From positions 64,001-78,284 of IMG/VR virus record IMGVR_UViG_3300041411_000102: 14,284 nt of DNA. One strand, given 5' to 3'. Position 1 is the stretch's first letter, and every line of letters starts with the position of its first letter. Under the pieces are notes generated by a model. That model ran no database searches, was not told the DNA's origin, and was given only the letters and a program-made list of their open reading frames with translations. The stretch is from a virus. Taxonomy: Duplodnaviria > Heunggongvirae > Uroviricota > Caudoviricetes. Made by a program: the position numbers and the translations under genes. Of this stretch, positions 1 through 4,661 are shown piece by piece.

Positions 1-227
1 CTCTGTGTATCTAAAAGCATCTTGTACCGATCATGCCACACAAGTCCAGCAGTTTTGCAATGTAGCGCATTACGCCTACAGTCTGCGTTTTGTTTGTACC
101 GTTGTGCTTGTAGCTTCCAATGGGTAACTGGATATTTATCAATTAATGCTAAGGAATTCTCAGCAAGTTTATACCACTCTTCAAGCATCATAATCGCTTG
201 TTCTAGATGCCACGTAGGTGTAGTCAT
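1..227 (-). CDS. hypothetical protein, partial (runs off the left edge); not in ORF track
   Basis: ATG at 227-225 opens a frame MTTPTWHLEQAIMMLEEWYKLAENS... with no stop to position 1. It lies 4 nt after the TGA of 232..534, is preceded by purine-rich AGGGG/GAG, and has the same orientation as its neighbours. Confidence 0.7.
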   Translation of the reverse strand, partial: MTTPTWHLEQAIMMLEEWYKLAENSLALIDKYPVTHWKLQAQRYKQNADCRRNALHCKTAGLVWHDRYKMLLDTQ

Positions 228-231
228 CTCA

Positions 232-534
232 TCAACCCCTAAAATCCGAAAAGTCTTGTTTATCTATTGTCTGCCAAAGCGTTAGCTGTATCAAACAAAT
301 AGGCCAAATAGCCAGATGAATCACTAAAATCACTGTCCAAAAGCTTGCATTGATTACACTGTCCGTAGTATTGTAGATTTCTTCAATCGAAGCGTCTTTC
401 TTAGCGGCATTTCTCATAGCTATAGCGATGCTAGCGTCTTGGACACCTACTTGTGTCAGGTTGGATGTGATGTAGTTTTTGAGGAGATAAAATGAAGCAA
501 TTGAACAGATGAACCAAAGTAGTAGGTAGATCAT
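232..534 (-). CDS. small hypothetical membrane protein (100 aa)
   Basis: ATGA overlap with 531..755. Two hydrophobic stretches: IYLLLWFICSIASFYLL and FWTVILVIHLAIWPICLIQL. Confidence 0.75.
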   Translation of the reverse strand: MIYLLLWFICSIASFYLLKNYITSNLTQVGVQDASIAIAMRNAAKKDASIEEIYNTTDSVINASFWTVILVIHLAIWPICLIQLTLWQTIDKQDFSDFRG

Positions 535-755
535 TCTACCACCTTAGAAAATCCCATGAACTGTTTGATATCCTCCCAGTCAATTCCTTGTTCGGTACAC
601 ACTGTCTTATACCTTTGAACTGACAAGTCATTCAGCATTGGTTTCCATTTATCGAGCACAGCTTGCACACCTTCTAAGCTATCTTGAATAGATACCAACC
701 CTACAATGCTTTGTGTCAGTTGGTGATGCGACTCTAGATATTCTAACCTATTCAT
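531..755 (-). CDS. hypothetical protein (74 aa)
   Basis: ATGA overlaps at both ends, within a coupled gene chain. Confidence 0.75.
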   Translation of the reverse strand: MNRLEYLESHHQLTQSIVGLVSIQDSLEGVQAVLDKWKPMLNDLSVQRYKTVCTEQGIDWEDIKQFMGFSKVVE

Positions 756-973
756 TTAGCATTCTCCCAATTCGTGTCAACACCTAAGCTTTGCAATCTC
801 TGAACTACTTCTTTTTGTGTCTTACACGTTTCAAAGTAAAGTTTATAGCAATTGGTCATTTCTTTCTCCTTGACAAAGTTAATACCATACCCTTCAAATA
901 GATGATAGTCAACCCAAGACCAGTTAAGAGAATCGAGTACTTCTTTTCTTATCCTGACTTTGATCATACTCAT
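752..973 (-). CDS. hypothetical protein (73 aa)
   Basis: ATGA overlaps at both ends; GGAG upstream on the minus strand. Confidence 0.75.
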   Translation of the reverse strand: MSMIKVRIRKEVLDSLNWSWVDYHLFEGYGINFVKEKEMTNCYKLYFETCKTQKEVVQRLQSLGVDTNWENAK

Positions 974-1149
974 TTCTGCATCACTCCCTCTGCTTTCCCA
1001 TCAATAATATCAAGCAATCTCACTATGTCAGCCCTCGTGTAGAACGTCTCCTCTGTTGGGCCTAAGTAGCTTATATGGAGGAGAGTGTTTTTAGGATCAG
1101 TTGTGATGAATATTTCGTCTATGTCTTTGTCTCGAAAATTGTGGGTCAT
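970..1149 (-). CDS. hypothetical protein (59 aa), paralog of 1675..1860; not in ORF track
   Basis: Manual translation: MTHNFRDKDIDEIFITTDPKNTLLHISYLGPTEETFYTRADIVRLLDIIDGKAEGVMQK. It fills the gap exactly, with ATGA overlaps at both ends. Confidence 0.8.
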   Translation of the reverse strand: MTHNFRDKDIDEIFITTDPKNTLLHISYLGPTEETFYTRADIVRLLDIIDGKAEGVMQK

Positions 1150-1376
1150 ACATCACCATACACAGGATTTTCAATATCATCTATAAAGTTCAATATCTCT
1201 TGAATGGCCTCAATCCTACCAAGCTCCCAACCAATATCAAAACCACCCCCCTGAGAACCTGACTGGTAGTCCTCAAGCTTATTCGTTTCATACTTATCCC
1301 AAAGCTGTTCATCTTCCTCAGTGATTAAACCTTGGAAGTGTTCCTTAAGCCATTGCATTTTCTTAGGTAACTTCAT
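1146..1376 (-). CDS. hypothetical protein (76 aa)
   Basis: AAGGAG RBS upstream; ATGA overlaps at both ends. Confidence 0.8.
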   Translation of the reverse strand: MKLPKKMQWLKEHFQGLITEEDEQLWDKYETNKLEDYQSGSQGGGFDIGWELGRIEAIQEILNFIDDIENPVYGDV

Positions 1377-1537
1377 TTCTTCTCTCCTTCATTAGATGTA
1401 TTCAGACGATACACACTCAACCTGTCCCCGTCAACGCTTACAAATGTTATTTTCTCTATCTTGCCAGAGTAGATGAGATTCTTTAGCTGCTTTCGTAAGG
1501 AGCGCTTGTAGAGGTACAGCTTTATGTGGTCTATCAT
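1373..1537 (-). CDS. hypothetical protein (54 aa; the start may extend to 1591)
   Basis: ATG at 1537 (MIDHIKLYLYKRS...) has AGGA 9 nt upstream, whereas the track start at 1591 lacks an obvious RBS. The stop overlaps the next ATG. Confidence 0.6.
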   Translation of the reverse strand: MIDHIKLYLYKRSLRKQLKNLIYSGKIEKITFVSVDGDRLSVYRLNTSNEGEKK

Positions 1538-1577
1538 GTGTGATTTCCTGTGTAAGCTGTATTGTGTGCTGATGAGG

Positions 1578-1685
1578 TCAGTGTAGCCCATTGGAAATCA
1601 AACGTAAAGCCATTTTCATGTGGTATTTATGGTGTGTGGAGATGAGGTAAAGATTGGGGAGTGTGGTAGTGGCTTCACCCTTCAT
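1578..1685 (-). CDS. possible 35-aa peptide; not in ORF track
   Basis: Frame MKGEATTTLPNLYLISTHHKYHMKMALRLISNGLH with GGAG 6 nt upstream; it fills an otherwise empty gap. Short and uncertain. Confidence 0.3.
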   Translation of the reverse strand: MKGEATTTLPNLYLISTHHKYHMKMALRLISNGLH

Positions 1686-1860
1686 GGACCTCTCCGCCAA
1701 CCTCTTTTTCTGCGTCAATTAATAATATCAGCAATACCATCAAATCTTCTCTGGTAAATATGGCTTGCTCTGTAGGTGCACTGTACTCAATATGAAGCTT
1801 CCCATCAACGACATAGGTGCTCATAATGTCTCTGTCATACAGTTGGTGGTATTGATACAT
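1675..1860 (-). CDS. hypothetical protein (61 aa), paralog of 970..1149
   Basis: ATG at 1860 has AAGGTG upstream, whereas the track GTG at 1899 has no RBS. Shares D(R/K)DI...LHIxYxxPTExxxxTRxD with 970..1149. Confidence 0.75.
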   Translation of the reverse strand: MYQYHQLYDRDIMSTYVVDGKLHIEYSAPTEQAIFTREDLMVLLILLIDAEKEVGGEVHEG

Positions 1861-1973
1861 TTGCTTCACCTTGCTGATCTGATGGATTAATACTAGCACT
1901 GAGTGAGGAGGGATTGCAAGGACTATTTAGATTTGTTTGGAATAGTAGGTTAGTAAATATCTTCTGTGTGGGG

Positions 1974-2002
1974 TTGACAGGATTATTATTGACGTGTAGT
2001 CT
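1974..2002 (+). promoter_or_regulatory. sigma70-like promoter upstream of the polymerase-like gene
   Basis: TTGACA (1974-1979), 17-nt spacer, TAGTCT (1997-2002), in the divergent intergenic region. Confidence 0.5.
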
Positions 2003-2122
2003 TGTTGGTATTGGTGGTGAACAGAAAGCACCACATAAAAAGAAATTATTGCTGAGAGCCTTTATCCATAAGGCTTACAGACGATTATGGTCCACTATCT
2101 AGGAGGATGGAGTATATGATGT

Positions 2123-3469
2123 ATGAGGATTGATTTATGGAGTATAAGTAAGAAGGAGAGAAGTCAGATACAAACAAAGCTTACTCACTTTAACATTCAT
2201 TACAATCAAGGAAAGCAATATAAACATATAGTAGATGAACTGATGTCCTTGGATGTAGGTAAGAAAGAGGTATGGTGTGTTGTAACAAATATAGCTCGTG
2301 CTCTTAAATACAAAGCTATAGGTCTTTCTGTTCCTAGACAACGTAGTGCCTATTCTGGGAATGAACAGGGTGTGTCTCAGCGGCGTATGGTTATTCTTCT
2401 TGACAAGCTTGAGAAGGATGGTTACACTGATGACTTTATTGGGGGTGTTGTAGATTGGAAAGAGATGGATACAGTACAAAGCTGTATTATCTTCAAGCCA
2501 AAGCTGCTAGATCTCTTCAATGGTGTGGACGTCAGCAGTGAGCAAGATTACTTCAATGTTGTTGAGATTAAAGACAGAGAGACAAAAGAGCTTAAGTCTA
2601 AATCTGGTGTTCGGGGTGTCAAGATCATTACTGAGTATATGAATGCCTACAACCAACAATTAATGAATACAGAAATTAGTGATGAGACAGGTTTGCTGTC
2701 AGTCCAACAATACAAAAGAGTATTCTCTGATAATCTCCGTCAAGGCGGAAGGATTTATAACACTGCTGGAGGTGTTCAAGTGAAGAATGAGGAAGAACGT
2801 AGTTATATGAAGATTAATGGTGAAGAGATTGTTGAGTTAGATTTTAAGGCCATGCATCCAAGTCTTCTATACGAACAAGAGTATGAAGAGAACTCGGAAG
2901 ATATCGATGACTGGATTAAGAACAACTGGGGTGGCGACTATAATCCTTACGGTGCTCAGATGCCTTTCTTGAAAGTGAATCAGGATAAGGTAGAAGCATT
3001 TAAGAATACATTTGGTTTAGCTAAGTATGACCCAATTCGTAATTTGAATAAGCATGCACTTATGGTGAGCTTGAATGCAAAGACGTATCAGAAGGCATAC
3101 GTTCAGGTTACTGAAGAGTTTCGTGCAGACCAAGTTGCTTGGGATAAGCTCACTAAAGATGCGAAGTTTTATGGTATTGAATCTGTTGGTAACTTTCCGG
3201 GGCATACAGTTTGTCAGGCAGTGGCTGCACACAATAAACCCATTGCTAAATACTTCTTTAAGGATCAGGGCATTAAGATGCAGTATTTGGACAGTGAGAT
3301 TGTTGCAGATGTATTGAACCGACTGCTCATGGAAGATGAAGTACTGCTCCCCGAGCACGATAGTGTGATTGTTCGTGCGAGCATTAAAGATAAAGTTATG
3401 GGCTATATGCGTAGTGCTTATCTTGAGCTAATGGGATCTGATAAATTTTGTTATTTGGAGGTTAAATGA
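2123..3469 (+). CDS. minimal family-A / T7-RNAP-like polymerase-domain protein (448 aa)
   Basis: Motifs in the correct order: GGRIY (208-212, compare T7 RNAP DxxGRxY); motif A ELDFKAMHP (D240); motif B RNLNKHALMVSLN (R306, K310, M314; compare T7 RNAP RSVTKRSVMTLAY); motif C LPEHDSVIV (H412-D413-S414; compare IHDSF). No exonuclease domain recognised. Confidence 0.7.
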   Translation: MRIDLWSISKKERSQIQTKLTHFNIHYNQGKQYKHIVDELMSLDVGKKEVWCVVTNIARALKYKAIGLSVPRQRSAYSGNEQGVSQRRMVILLDKLEKDGYTDDFIGGVVDWKEMDTVQSCIIFKPKLLDLFNGVDVSSEQDYFNVVEIKDRETKELKSKSGVRGVKIITEYMNAYNQQLMNTEISDETGLLSVQQYKRVFSDNLRQGGRIYNTAGGVQVKNEEERSYMKINGEEIVELDFKAMHPSLLYEQEYEENSEDIDDWIKNNWGGDYNPYGAQMPFLKVNQDKVEAFKNTFGLAKYDPIRNLNKHALMVSLNAKTYQKAYVQVTEEFRADQVAWDKLTKDAKFYGIESVGNFPGHTVCQAVAAHNKPIAKYFFKDQGIKMQYLDSEIVADVLNRLLMEDEVLLPEHDSVIVRASIKDKVMGYMRSAYLELMGSDKFCYLEVK

Positions 3470-3738
3470 AATACGTAACTCAAGAGAAAGTAGACAAATA
3501 CAAGAAAGATTTCTGTAAAGACAAAGAGATTAATCTTGTTCATTTTGCTAATTGGTTTTGTGAAGGGGCCGTAACTACTATCAGCAACAAGCTGTATGAA
3601 CACCTAGAGTTTGATGGGTATTTAGTCCATAATTCATATGATTGGAAGAAGGATTGCCCTGTTTGGGAAATTAGAGATTCTGAAACTGATGAAGTAATTG
3701 ATAGCGTAGAATCTTTCCAAGAATGGTGTGTTAAATAA
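3466..3738 (+). CDS. hypothetical protein (90 aa)
   Basis: ATGA overlap with the polymerase-like gene; GGAGG RBS upstream. Confidence 0.8.
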   Translation: MKYVTQEKVDKYKKDFCKDKEINLVHFANWFCEGAVTTISNKLYEHLEFDGYLVHNSYDWKKDCPVWEIRDSETDEVIDSVESFQEWCVK

Positions 3739-3754
3739 TTATTTTCATTTACTA

Positions 3755-3782
3755 TTGACAAGGAAGTCAACTTACTGATACT
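3755..3782 (+). promoter_or_regulatory. sigma70-like promoter
   Basis: TTGACA (3755-3760), 16-nt spacer, GATACT (3777-3782), with an AT-rich upstream tract. The TTGAC/GTCAA inverted repeat spans 3755-3770. Confidence 0.45.
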
Positions 3783-3816
3783 CTGTGTACTTGAACTTAA
3801 ATAAAGGAATCCACCG

Positions 3817-4023
3817 ATGAGGTGTACAAGTTGCCAATCTGTCCTCACGCGTGGAGAACTGATGTTTGATCTTCCAGACGGAAACATGAATGATATCTGT
3901 TGGACATGCCAAGGTGTTATTGATCATCCAGAATTTTGTTCTACTAGAACTTATCAGTTTGAAGATATTACTGAAAAGCTTGTTGATGAAGATGTTACAC
4001 CAATTAAACCACTTAGTGATTAA
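3817..4023 (+). CDS. small putative zinc-ribbon protein (68 aa)
   Basis: CTSC...CWTC (two CxxC pairs), acidic tail, AAGGA RBS. Confidence 0.7.
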   Translation: MRCTSCQSVLTRGELMFDLPDGNMNDICWTCQGVIDHPEFCSTRTYQFEDITEKLVDEDVTPIKPLSD

Positions 4024-4027
4024 GTAC

Positions 4028-4056
4028 TTGCAATGTTATTGTATAACATGTATAAT
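4028..4056 (+). promoter_or_regulatory. near-consensus sigma70 promoter (rightward)
   Basis: TTGCAA (4028-4033), 17-nt spacer, TATAAT (4051-4056). Confidence 0.7.
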
Positions 4057-4065
4057 GTATTGCAA
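4038..4065 (-). promoter_or_regulatory. overlapping leftward sigma70-like promoter
   Basis: On the minus strand: TTGCAA (4065-4060), 16-nt spacer, TACAAT (4043-4038). Confidence 0.4.
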
Positions 4066-4123
4066 GCTACACAGAAGTGGCAGGAAAATTTAAAAAGATG
4101 TTCGGCCTTGAGCCACTTAAAGA

Positions 4124-4185
4124 AATGAACTGACGAGTTCTGAAATCCTCGGAATTAAACAAGCCTATCAATGTGTGTCTTTATT
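4124..4185 (+). ncRNA. type I hammerhead-like fold with a non-canonical core (UAAA instead of GAAA)
   Basis: CTGACGA core 4130-4136; 7-bp stem II; stem III ACA/TGT; GTC site 4177-4179; 6-bp stem I. The G12 position is T. Confidence 0.35.
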
Positions 4186-4273
4186 GATGCTCAAATGGTT
4201 TTAATACGGGGTAATGAATTATAAGTTTCACCAGCATAGCCGATAAGATTAAATTCTACATAAAGACTTTGCT

Positions 4274-4388
4274 TCCAAAAGCTAACGTTTTCTTCCTCTC
4301 TCCTCAACGTTAGCTCCTTAAAGATGCCTATCCCTCTCCGTAGGTTATCTTTCTGACCTTGATAGCGTGTAACGTACCTCTCCTTACG
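4274..4388. ncRNA. three-hairpin element with CTCTCC (plus) / GGAGAG (minus) loops; candidate sRNA
   Basis: Stems 4280-4289/4306-4315, 4327-4330/4341-4344 and 4373-4376/4385-4388. All three loops contain CTCTCC, and there are 7 GGA on the minus strand in about 110 nt. Confidence 0.45.
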
Positions 4389-4409
4389 GTATAGGCTTAG
4401 CACAGGGTC

Positions 4410-4476
4410 ATTTCTTAAAATTCCTGTAACTCATTAGTTATTACTGCAAGTCTGCTTGTCAGGAATTTTAAGAAAT
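4410..4476. repeat. perfect 17-bp inverted repeat enclosing two small hairpins
   Basis: ATTTCTTAAAATTCCTG (4410-4426) / CAGGAATTTTAAGAAAT (4460-4476); inner hairpins 4427-4440 and 4446-4459. Confidence 0.85.
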
Positions 4477-4535
4477 CAATTAAAGTAATATTTCTCATGT
4501 GTTCTATAGTGTATTTAATTACACACCTAGTCGGG

Positions 4536-4604
4536 TTCCAGTTAGTTCAGAGGCAGAACACTCCTTACGGAGAATAGTCGGCGAGTCAGGTAAGCCACTG
4601 GACA
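4536..4604 (+). pseudogene. degenerate tRNA-like element (tRNA-Val(UAC)-like remnant)
   Basis: Acceptor TCCAGT/ACTGGA; T8-A9; D arm GTTC-AGAGGCA-GAAC; shortened arm CTCC-TTAC-GGAG; T arm only GGC/GCC with no TTC; no CCA. Confidence 0.55.
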
Positions 4605-4661
4605 GAACACAGTAGAAATATTATTTATCCAAAACAACAATAATTCCAATGTAGGGACAAT

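Noticed and set aside
22-285. Plus-strand 87-aa ORF
   Set aside because: Antisense shadow of the minus-strand chain (1..227 and 232..534), with no RBS.
1914-2102. 62-aa TTG-start ORF preceded by GAGGAGG
   Set aside because: It spans the divergent promoter region including TTGACA 1974, has no upstream plus-strand promoter and no recognisable features. Not excluded, but unsupported.
4191-4403. 70-aa minus-strand ORF
   Set aside because: GTG start without an RBS, isolated orientation and coincidence with the hairpin array; treated as probably non-coding.
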